A stretch of DNA of 64,000 nt from Thalia democratica (Eukaryota): NCBI GenBank assembly GCA_965202585.1, contig OZ241826.1, forward strand, positions 72,788,001 through 72,852,000, read 5' to 3'. The notes below the pieces were generated by a model, which saw only the letters and a list, made by a program, of their open reading frames with translations, was not told where the DNA came from and searched no databases. Positions 14,460 through 25,200 of the stretch are shown one piece after another. The position numbers were made by a program, and so were the translations under genes. Every line of letters starts with the position of its first letter. Within the stretch, counting starts at the first letter, position 1.

Positions 14460-14618
14460 ATTGCCATGGCAACAAGAACCCGACTGCGGACGACGGTTAT
14501 GAGTAATAAAGGCTACTTGGCACAGTCAGCGGCGAAATGCTCCTTCGCGATTGGTCAACCCGTAATAGTGGTCATCAAAGCGTAAAAAGTACAACTGAGG
14601 GGTCGGTTCCATGGCAAT
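14460..14618. promoter_or_regulatory. Pair of RFX X-box-like motifs
   Basis: ATTGCCATGGCAAC (14460-14473) and GGTTCCATGGCAAT (14605-14618); E-box CACGTGAC at 14440-14447. Confidence 0.5.
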
Positions 14619-17020
14619 TTACCCAGCGTAAGTGATAACTCGAGAAAAAATACGGCTCCTTGACTAGTTAATTCGAAGATAATTTCGTTTCCATGCCACC
14701 GTAGGTTAATCGGACCGCGGGAGCAGGTAATTGGAAAATGCGCTTTTGTGATTGGTTTATTTTTCTGGCCACTGGAGTATGACGACCTCACATCTCAGCG
14801 GTGGCATCGAAACAGAGTTTTGGGAAATTGACGCAACTATGCTCGTTTATTTGTCACTTATGATTTTTTTCTTTATCAAGTTGCATAAAGTTTACAATCA
14901 ACTTATTTTTTTTTTTTTTTTTAAAGTTGTAAAACTTTAAAATTAATTTATCGAGATGTTTCACTGTATTTAACCTGCTTATTTTTTTAGATTTTGCATA
15001 GAAAGCCAAGCTATAAAACAAATTAAAAGAGTATTAAGTTATTTCGCTTTTAAAAATATTAACGTTTTAACTTTTTTGTTAGTAAAGATAAATTAAGTTT
15101 TTTGATAATAATTAGTCTTGGCACTTTTATGATAAATTATTTTTATACTAAAACGCCTATTGGTACTTGAATAAATATATTGTTATAAAAAACAGTTGGC
15201 TAAAAGTTTTTTGTAAATTTTAAATGATAAAAACCAGTAATTTACACAAAAAAAAAAGATAAAATCAAAGCAAGCTACTTGCAAAATACCAACAATTGGC
15301 GTTTTTATTGTTAGAATTTCCCCACAAAAACTTCTCAGCAATCAACTGTTCGATTAGCGACGCTTTTTATTGTTTATCTCTTTTCTTATTCAACACTTAT
15401 TCCCACAAAACTTTTCTTGTTTGCCAACAAATTTAACCCTTTTTTAAAACTGTTTCCCCACATATTTCAGATTTTGGCATTATCCCTTGTTACAACTTAT
15501 GCTTTTAAATTACGTAATAGTTTTTAAAAGTTTTTGAGTTTATAAAAATAAAGCAAAGCTTTTCAGACAATGCAGTAATAAAGTGTTATTTTTTGCAAGT
15601 AGTACACCTTTTTCCTAATACTCAAACAGACACATACTCATTATGTACGTAAAGTTTGAAAATAAGTCCAGACATATTTTGGTTAGCAATCTTATTATTA
15701 TTCTCAAACTTTAGTCTACGCTTCCATACACTTTTAAACACAAAATTAGACAAGTTTTAAACGAAAGCTGAGCTAAAGCAGGCCGTGAAAAGAGTTGTTT
15801 GTATCTGAAAGTATTTAATTAATTGCCGGTGCTTTAAAAAGCCCTTAGTTACTCAATAAAGTGATTGTTAACAACTAAAGAGGTGGTTGAAAAGCAATTT
15901 ATCTGGAAGATGGCACGAATTTCGAGCTATTAAATCAAGTTTCAAAGCTACTTAATGTTGCATTGTATTGCTTAATGTCTTTTTACTGTCATTTAAAGTG
16001 AGCAGTTTGAAATTTTATACAGATTGCTTGATCGTTTTAGCCGTCAATTTTTTAATTCAGGCTGGAAAATAACTATTTCAAAACTGCTTATACTTTGTAT
16101 TGTATGAATTTGTAACAATAAGTTATGAGCTTTAAAGTCATTCTATAAATAGTTTTTTTTAATTTTAATTCATTAAGTTGTTTTATGTTTTATATATCTT
16201 TAAAACGTAGAATCTTTTCTTTAAAATTCTTAAAAAAACCCTGTAAACTTGGTCTGTTTTTAATAAATACTAAGTTTTTTGTACAGTTAAAAGCTTAATA
16301 ACATATAAAAACTATGTCCGATTTAGTTCCAGTTTATTAATTTAAGCAGCGAAAACTTTTACAACGATTAATTTTGCAAGTGCAAATTTTATCATAGGAA
16401 AAAAATTTAATGAATATTTTAAATATAATTTTCTTTTTCAATTATAAAACAGTATAAGCTTAAAACTTTTTTGTTAAGCTTTTATACAAACAAAAATGAA
16501 AACTGTATTTTTATTTAGATAAAAAAAAGAAGAAAGTTCATGATTCACAAACAATAAATAGATAAAAAAAAACTACAAAATAACGTACTTTTAAATGTTT
16601 AATATTAATTATCACTAATTTTTTGACAAATTATCATTTATTTTAATGTAATCAAATTTTATTTACGGTAAAGTGAAAGCTAACTAAAACTTTAATGGAA
16701 ACAAAAACAACAGTGTACCAGCACTGTCAGCTATTCAGCTTAATAAAAAGAGTCTAAAGGAATTTTTCAGAAAGTTTTTTCTACCAGTTTGAAATAATGT
16801 AACACACCTAAAAACTCTTTTATGATAAATCTAAATGAGAAATTAAAAGTTACAGGGCTTTCTAAAAGATGTTTTTGCCAAAGCAAAGAATTGTTTCACT
16901 AAAAAGAAGTATTTTATGACGTCACAAAATCCACCGAGAAATCATCGATCAGCTCTTTCACCTCAACTTACAGCTCTTGCAGTGTCGAATTATTACGTCA
17001 CAAAGACGTTCTCGTCAGAA

Positions 17021-17461
17021 TCAGGTGTCGTCTTTTCCGTACCTACGGTGATTCAGAGCGACGGCTTTTCGGCTCGCGTGAACTCTTTGAGCGGGGGATC
17101 TTATGCGTCTGTACGGGTTTCGCTTCTTCCTGCTCTTATTGTTTATCCGCACTTCGCGGCGACCTTCCTGAACTTTCTTCCTTTTTTTCTTAAGATGCTC
17201 CTCTCGTTCGAGGTCCACCGAAGTGATCCTCGGGTGCTTGCAGTCCTTGTGGAACGAGATGTCCGGCACAAAGTCCATCTTTCTTCGCATCTTCATCACC
17301 CGCTTGCTGGAGTACCTCACGTTGAAGTTCCTCCACTGCAGGTAGTTCTTGAAGGCGTCGTTGACCAGGTGGTAGTTGTACTCGTGCTTGCCGTGGGGAA
17401 TCACCTTGCTGAACTCACGGTACTGGCATTTGCGCGGGAACTTTCGCCAGTATCTGGTTTT
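17021..17461 (-). CDS. FGF-like last coding exon (core C-terminal half plus basic tail)
   Basis: Acceptor TTTTTCAG ending at 17462; open for 146 codons to TGA at 17023-17021; GC-rich; includes the track ORF 17021..17404. Confidence 0.88.
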   Translation of the reverse strand, partial: KTRYWRKFPRKCQYREFSKVIPHGKHEYNYHLVNDAFKNYLQWRNFNVRYSSKRVMKMRRKMDFVPDISFHKDCKHPRITSVDLEREEHLKKKRKKVQEGRREVRINNKSRKKRNPYRRIRSPAQRVHASRKAVALNHRRYGKDDT

Positions 17462-20400
17462 CTGAAAAAGTTATTGTTATGAGCTTGTATAAGTTAGTCT
17501 TAAACTAGTTTCAAATTATGTTTGAAAAAAAAACCATTTGTAAAATAAAATAGGTTACTAAAATAGGTACATTAATTTGTTAGTTATTGCTCGTATATGC
17601 TACTTTTGAATTTTACAAAAAAGTTCTATGCAAGTAGGCTACCTCAAAAACCACCAACCACCACTGTAAAACAGTTTTCCAAAAGAAACAAGGATTATTA
17701 AACTACGACCTATATGAGCACAGACATAACATTTTCAAAAATTGCATTCTTAGTGCATTTTTTTGTTTAAAGGCTACCTGTAAGAAACCACCAACACACA
17801 CAACCTTTCATTAGCGGGCACTTTAACATGTAAGTAAGCTTGTGAAAGTACTGAGGTGTAAATTACACGAGTAAAGATATGCGAGCTGTATAAACATGTT
17901 GTTATTTGTAACTCATCCATGTACCCTTGTTTAATGCACTTCACAACGGTTTCAAGACTTTGTTTTTACTTTAACAATTTCACTTCAACTTAAAATTTTT
18001 GATAGCTATATTTTGATTTTGTTCTTAATTATTTTTTAGAAATTTTTTATGAACTAGCGTAAACAAAGTAAACGTCAGGAGTCTAGAGAAAAATTTTTTT
18101 GCTGGTTTTAAATCATTGATATTTTGGCATATAACTGAAACTGTCTAAATTTTAAAAAAATTAAATATTTTTTTCAGGCAAGCTGATTGGATATTAAAAA
18201 GGAAAACGACATTTCACGCTTCAAGCAGAGAAAATTTACTTACAGAATTTTAATGCTAATTTGGCTCATACATTCGTGACTGATTTGTTTAATGTTGCTA
18301 AAACGAAAATACTAAACACATTTTTATGTGTTATAAGCAGCATTTGAAAGATACGACCTTGAAGTTCTTATCAAATCAAATAATTCAATTTTGCCCTTCG
18401 ATGCCTCGTTAATGTATTATAATAGTTGTACAAACCTTGAACACGGGCCGTCTTCTGTTGCTCCTTGTCTGACACAAGGTTCTGTTGGACTTCGTGTCTA
18501 TCAACCGCACTGTAGAGTAAACCAGATTGCCCTGCTTATCGTACATGGATTTGCCGTTTACTATGGTGAACATATCTGAAAAACAAAATAATGTTTTAAG
18601 GAAAATGAGATTAGTTAAACTTTAAAATAAATATGTTTTGTGCTTATCGGTTAGTAAGTAAAACTTTTTGATTGTGAAATAAAAAATCCGTATAGCTAAG
18701 TATAGGTGTTAGAAAATAGAAAAGCTAATAGCTGTTATAGTGTACAATAACAGTGAAGTACTTTTAATGTTAATAAAATGTTTTTAATCTAAATATGAGT
18801 AACCTAAGCTAGACTATTTTGATAAAAAACTAAACTTATTATTCTCTTTTTCAAACTACAATACAGCTTGTTTTTTAAATGTTAGATAAAGTAATGAGTT
18901 TTTATAACTAAAAATTGACAAAATTTCAGATTGCAAGAGCTGTTTTATACAAAACTAGGATAATTTAAGATAATCCGGCAAACATTTGGTCGCAGATTTA
19001 TCTTTAATCTCTGCTGATTATAAACAAAAAATGAGTCAGTAGCTAGTTAACACTTGTTAACTGCAATGTTTCACGGATTGTTTAGTTTTTGATTTAAAGC
19101 AAATATAAAATAAAAACTGCAATGTAGTTTGATTGAAAGGTAACTTTTGTGTTAACTAAGCTAGATCTATGAAATTTTTTTAATGTTTTACTGTACTACA
19201 TAAGTACTTTAACAAATTTCAGCAGATAAATACTTTATAGGTTTCATTTTCTTAAATATTGCTGAAATAAAGATATAAAATTCTTAGTATAGAATTTTAA
19301 GGGTTATTCGGGAAACGATATAGTTAGTTATGACAATAAAATATAAATATTGAATATCTTACAATATACATAAACTGGTACAACACTTTATTATTTTAAA
19401 CTACAATGACTACTTAAACTTTTCAAAGAGTAAAAAATAACATTAACAATGTAAAGTACAATGTAGAAAATAAAAACTTACAATTAGTGTTTCCGTTCAT
19501 AGTATCTTTTGGCTTCCTTTTACTGAACTTACGACTTCTGTCGGCAAATAAAATAAATTGCTTGTCCTTGTGTAACAACGAGTATAGATGGCAGTTCTTG
19601 CTTATAACCGAAGACGGGTAGTGCTAGATAGAAAAATAATTGAAAAATGTTGCTTAGTTTTTCAAACCTAAGTAAACAGTTCTAGCTTTAGCTTTTGTGT
19701 TTAACTTTTCACTGTTTTCTGCATTCTATTATTGATTTTATGTTGTAAACGTTTCTGTTTTTAGTATGCTTTTTTAATTATGAACAGTTGGAAAGTCGTT
19801 TTTTATTTACTAAAATATTTTCTAGAAATTTATGATTTTTACAAAACACTATTATAATTAACTATAATAAACTCTAAACAGTAGACTAAAAAAAAAATTT
19901 TTGTAGTTTTTGTTTCAAACCCCATGGTTTTTAATACTTAGTATACATTCTTAAGCATAGATTTTAACTAAAAACTTAAAAAGTAAAAACTATGTTTTTT
20001 AAGTAAAATATAGTACAAAAATTTTTTAATTGTAAAAATAGCACAAACTAAGGATTATTTTTTTAAAAAACTACTTCTTTAAAACATTTTAGATTGAAAC
20101 ATCTTGATTAAATTTTAATTACACTGAAGTAAAGATTACTTATTCAACACATCTATTATCTAAAGAACTTTAGTTATTAAATAAAAGTAAAAAGTTTCAT
20201 TTTTAGCTCAAAAAATTTGTTTTAATTAGTTCAATGTCAGATTTGAATTAAATTTTAAGATTAAGAAAACCTTATGTTTAAGTTTCAAATAGGGCAATAA
20301 GTTATTCTTTTATTTATAGTTTTACCACTTGAAATCAGCTACAATTGTTACATATTGTCATACAATATAAGTGCATAACTTCTGATATTAAAACATCAAA

Positions 20401-20552
20401 GACATCCTTCAAAGAATATAAACGTTTGATTCTTTTTCAATTGGTTATATAGACCTACAAGATTTCTTTTATTTTTCAAAACTAACTTGTTGTGCGGCGG
20501 AAGCACTTAGGACACTGTGGAGAAGGATAAGTGTAATTTCGAATATCATCAT
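17021..20552 (-). CDS. Divergent secreted FGF-like protein, 262 aa; complement(join(17021..17461,18436..18575,19482..19623,20487..20552))
   Basis: Four exons splice in frame with canonical GT-AG sites (phases 0,1,0). Product: MMIFEITLILLHSVLSASAAQQ|HYPSSVISKNCHLYSLLHKDKQFILF...NTNY|MFTIVNGKSMYDKQGNLVYSTVRLIDTKSNRTLCQTRSNRRRPVFK|KTRYWRKFPRKCQYREFSKVIPHGKHEYNYHLVNDAFKNYLQWRNF...KMDF...DDT*. It has a signal peptide plus FGF-core-like motifs (hLYS, VRLI...LC, CxYxE, NY..L..A, terminal F). Family assigned by eye; subfamily not assigned. Confidence 0.75.
18436..18575 (-). CDS. FGF-like coding exon 3 (equivalent of the conserved middle FGF exon)
   Basis: Acceptor TTTTTCAG ending at 18576; 140 nt, phase 1 in, phase 0 out; donor GTTTGT at 18435. 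Confidence 0.82.
19482..19623 (-). CDS. FGF-like coding exon 2
   Basis: Acceptor AG at 19625-19624; 142 nt, HYPSSVISKNCHLYS...MNGNTN+T; donor GTAAGT at 19481; phase 1. Confidence 0.8.
20487..20552 (-). CDS. FGF-like coding exon 1 (signal peptide)
   Basis: Acceptor AG at 20557-20556, ATG at 20552, MMIFEITLILLHSVLSASAAQQ, donor GTTAGT at 20486; phase 0. Confidence 0.75.
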
Positions 20553-22187
20553 TTTCTGTAAAAAAGTTTATATGAAATCAATCATGTGTTTAAGAAGCGT
20601 AAAAAGCACTAAGTGCTAATCAAAGCCTTCCAGCAAGTACTTTAATTGGTCCCCAAATATCAAAGCTAAAAGTCTTTTAGTTTGAAAACTCTTTGTTTTT
20701 TTATTTGTGATAGTTTTATTACAAGTGGTCGAGTCATTAAGTTTCAAAAGTGTTTTATTTTTTATTGCAGCAATTTGTTTTTCAACCTTATGAAAACATT
20801 ACACTTTATGTAAGGCAATAATATATGGCAATAGTTATAAGCAATTTTTTATAATTTTTTTTACTCAACTGAAAATATAAGTGAACTGAAAGTTTAAGTA
20901 TGCAAAGAAACAAAGTTTTACAGTTAAAATCGACAAAATTCAAGGTAAAAAACTAATTATCATAAACTTGTTATAAATTGTCGCGACGTGATTAATAATT
21001 CATAATACTTGCAAAGTCTGCTATGCTATGTTTGGGGAATTAAATCAAGATACATTGTTTATGAAATTGATTGATTAGTAAGTTTTAGTGCCAAAAACAA
21101 AGTTTAAAAGATAAAAACTGAGCTAGTAGCTATTACCTAGTTAGTAGCGATTATCTTTTAGTGCGTAGAAGCTTAAAGCTATGTATATTATAAAAAGTTA
21201 AAGTGCATAAAACCCTTTTGACTATTTTCTAAAGACTAGAAGTAAAGTTGATTTAAGGAGGTTAAAGTTGTATACTAACTAATGTTAGTTTAACATACTA
21301 AATTAAACAGATACTTGTTCCAAAAATTCTAGAAAAATAATAAACAAAAGAAGTTAATACATTTAAAATCACATTTTCAGTTGCAAAACAAAATTCTTTT
21401 GATGTTGCATTGCAGCTTTGAAAGTCGTACGTAAAATCTCATTTAGCGTACATTAAAATGTACATTAAGTAAAAACGTTTTATACGAAAACATGACACGA
21501 ATAACGTTTAGCACTAATACAATACTAAAAAAGCTGCTTTACTAAAATATAAACTATTTTTTTGTCTTTATTTAGCTTCAGAAACAGTGAAGTTTAGTAA
21601 AATCAAGTACATAAATGATCGAACTCAAAAGGCATTTACAAGCAAAAAAATGCTGTCTTAAGCAGTTTAAAGTTTTTATATTTATTAATTTTTAGATATC
21701 ATTTAAGGCAACTTCCTCTATTGTGCTGCCAAGTAATTCACAACTTTTTGTTTATGTTAATACGCATGCACAAGAAAATCGCGCACGGCGGTCCGGGCAG
21801 CGCAGAACCTTGAAAGAGAAATTCACAGGTAATTACAAATAACTACACAGCAACCCCATAAGAAAGTAAGAAGATTCTGTTGCCTATTACACGCCACCTC
21901 TATAAACAAAAACGTAACACGATGCCCGGGTAGAGAAAACAAGTTTGCAGCGTCCGAAAGTCTTCGTGAATTTTCGGTAAACGTTAATCTTGTTTAAAAG
22001 TTTATTTTTGTCACAACGACTTACAAACTTCTAAGTTATTTTAGAATAGTAATAAGTTTGTTAAGAAATTTTCATTTGTACTAATAAACTTGCAAAAGTC
22101 TTATCACCTTACTATATTTAAAAACAGCAAGAAACGTCGATAACTTTTACCCAACTACAAAGTATATACAATTAAAACAAAACTTAC

Positions 22188-22295
22188 CTCTTTTAACTCT
22201 AAATCTGTTGGCTTTTGGTTTTTGTATAATTCTTCTTTTTCTCACAGTTTTACACAAACACATGACGTTTCTACGTGATCCCTCATAAAAGCTTT
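22188..22295 (-). other. Probable non-coding 5' exon of the FGF-like gene
   Basis: Strong minus-strand donor GAG|GTAAGT at 22187. Coding exon 1 is preceded by an acceptor, so an upstream exon is needed. TATA-like TATTTATA at about 22330-22323. The 5' boundary is approximate. Confidence 0.35.
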
Positions 22296-25200
22296 GAAGA
22301 CAAGTATTTAAAAAGAGATGATTATAAATACTGATAAAGTAAACAAGATTTCAGAGCTTTTACCACGATAAAAATCTTTTATTATTTATTAAGATATCGC
22401 AATTGAAAATGAAAAATAATTTTATTAGCTACTGTTTACTTAAGTCATTATTTTGACGTTTGTAAACATTGCAAATTTCGTACTTTTTGACAGAAATATC
22501 CTTTTTTCAACTTAAAAATATTAAAAATTAATAATAAATACATACTTATATCAAAATATTTTCATAAAAAAATTTCATTTGTAGATCATCTCTAAGATCA
22601 AAACTTTCTAAAGCATTAACTATAAACACATTTTTTCTGTTGTGATATATCAGTAACTTAGGTACAAACTATAAAATCAACTCTACAAGAACTTTTATAA
22701 AACTTTTATACCTATTTAAACATCAATGCAAAACAACTTCTAAAACATTCTTTTTATTCAAAAGAAACATCAAAACTTTTAAATTAAAACGAAACGATAA
22801 TGGTTTTACTACAACCTTGTAAAGGCAACCAGCTTTATCAATTACACGCACTGATTAAGGTTTTATTTTGTTGTGAAAACATTCAGTTAGCCGACATTTA
22901 TGTCGCTCTATCTTTAGCATTGAAACACTTTTGAAATTGCAACTGTTGTTTATTTATTTCAATTAAACTGGTTAACTTTGAAAAAAAAAATCAAACATTG
23001 TATCACCAATTTTGTTTAATTATATTTGTAACGGTTTAAAAAGAATATAACCTTCTCAAAGTATACAAATTATATATTTATAGTTACTTTACTATGTATA
23101 ACTTAAAGTTTTTATTTATAAACTTAGACTAAATAAACAATATTTATCTAAAAACTAAAATACTGACTTTAATGAAAATAATACTTTAATGAAAGTATTT
23201 CAAAAACTTTTTAAAGCATGTGTAATGAACTTAATCATTGTTTAGATCAGTATACTTTTTTTTTAATTTTAATGTTGTTTCGGTTTCTAAAGTGACTTAT
23301 GTTAAAACTAAACTAAGTTTAGTTCATTTTATCACCGGTCAAAAAAACTTGAACGAGAATAAAAGAAAAAATGTTGCGAGCCTTTTTCAGTAACGTTTTT
23401 TTTTGTGCGCAGCGAAAAGTGTAAAAAGGGACGAAAATAAAGAAAAATTGAAAGTTTTCTACAAGTTAATTAAAATATAAGTAGGGAATTTTTCACGAAA
23501 TTGGAGTTTTGATGTTTCTACTAAAGTTAAAATTAGTTTTACCTTGTTTCTACCATTTTTTTATGTATATTGATAAAATATTTCTAGCATATAGCTTAAC
23601 TACAATGCTTAATAATAAAGTACAAAATTTATCCAACATTTTTTTTTTGCTTTCATAAAGTACATTTTATAAAACAGCTTCTATTTACTTACTTATGACT
23701 AGAATTTACCAAAAATATATAAATTTTTAAATAGTTTATGATTGAGATAAAACAAGCTTTGAAAAATTTATCACTTAAACTATCACTTAAACAATGTTTT
23801 CATATTTAAAATTATTTGTTTATACTAGTCTTTTTTTATTATTAAGTATAAGTTTAAATGTAAATAAAATTTATAGTAAGTTACAACTATTTTAAAAGTA
23901 TTTTTAAAATCTTTTTTTTTTAATTTACATAAATTACTAGTCAAAAAAAAAAATGTTTTAGATAATATTGCAGATAGTTTTAAAGATCAAATTTATTTAT
24001 AAACAACTTTTTTAACTGCAATCTATGTTTTTGTTTTATTGTCTTAATTACATATCAATTTAGATTAGTTACGGAGTATAACTATTTTATTAAAATGTTT
24101 TTACAATTATACTTCGAAAAATAAAACATATGTTGTCCGTCTTTGTAACGTAAAATTATTTATGATATAAGTTTAATGGTTTTAAACTTATGTTAGCTAG
24201 ATTAATAGAAAATTATAGATAGGTTTTATTAGGTTAAATTTCAGCAGTTATTAAAAAAAATGCTAATACTTTACATTAAATAAAATTGATGAATTTATAC
24301 TTTATGCATTAATTTTTAAAAATGTTATGCAATGATAGCTCACATAGGTATTTGTTTAAAAAAGAGACCACAAAACTTCGTTATTTAAATTGTTCATAGA
24401 CTGAAATCTTAAAACAATAGACTCTGCTAGTCGAGATTAACAATGACAATAGCTTAAGTAAGCATAACAAAGGGAAAAGAGTGTACTAAAGTGTTTAGAT
24501 TTACGTCAATTTTCGCGGCAAACTTGAAATCGTTGCAGTTGTAATCCCGTACTTAGCCAACTGCACAACGCATGGTAGCCTTTTGTGCAAGAGTTTGTAG
24601 TAACTTAAAGTGATGCTTCCAATTTGCAAGACAACAATGTATATAGGGCTTCAATTGTGAACTTTGTGTCGGGTTATGCTAAGTGGTTCGGGGAAGTCGA
24701 CTCTTGTTGTGAAATATTTCAGTAGTCACGTTTATGTGAAATGTTAAAGTTAACAAATTTTTTTATAAAACTTCTACTTTACTTGGTGTTGTTTTCATTT
24801 GTACTGTTTTTCGCAATACTTTGTGTCATAGTTTTTATAGTTTTTAAGTACAAAATGTTGACTGTTAATAGTAAATGTTAGATAATAGTTGATGCTCAAA
24901 AAGTAGATATGTTTCTTTAATGGTATTTAATTCTTTAAGTACACGTTTAGCAAAATTTTAAATTAAACATTTTGAGTTAATTAAAAACTTTCTTTTTAAA
25001 AAACTTAATTTTTAACTAGAAGTTTTAAATAAAATTAAACATAGTTAACAGGAAGTTTTCAGTTTTTGAAAACGCTTTATTTACAAACTAACGTAGAAAG
25101 CTATTTTTTAGAAAATAAAAATAACTAGCTTAAGTATTAACCTGAAGTATAACTTTTAAAACAGCTATTTTAATATGTTTGGTTTATAATTCGTAAAAAT

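Noticed and set aside
12764-14940. Track ORFs in CpG-rich patches (12764, 13490, 14555, 14752)
   Set aside because: No homology recognised and no consistent exon phases; better explained as regulatory islands.
16916-17482. 188-aa plus-strand ORF
   Set aside because: Antisense shadow of the GC-rich FGF-like exon 4; no independent protein features.
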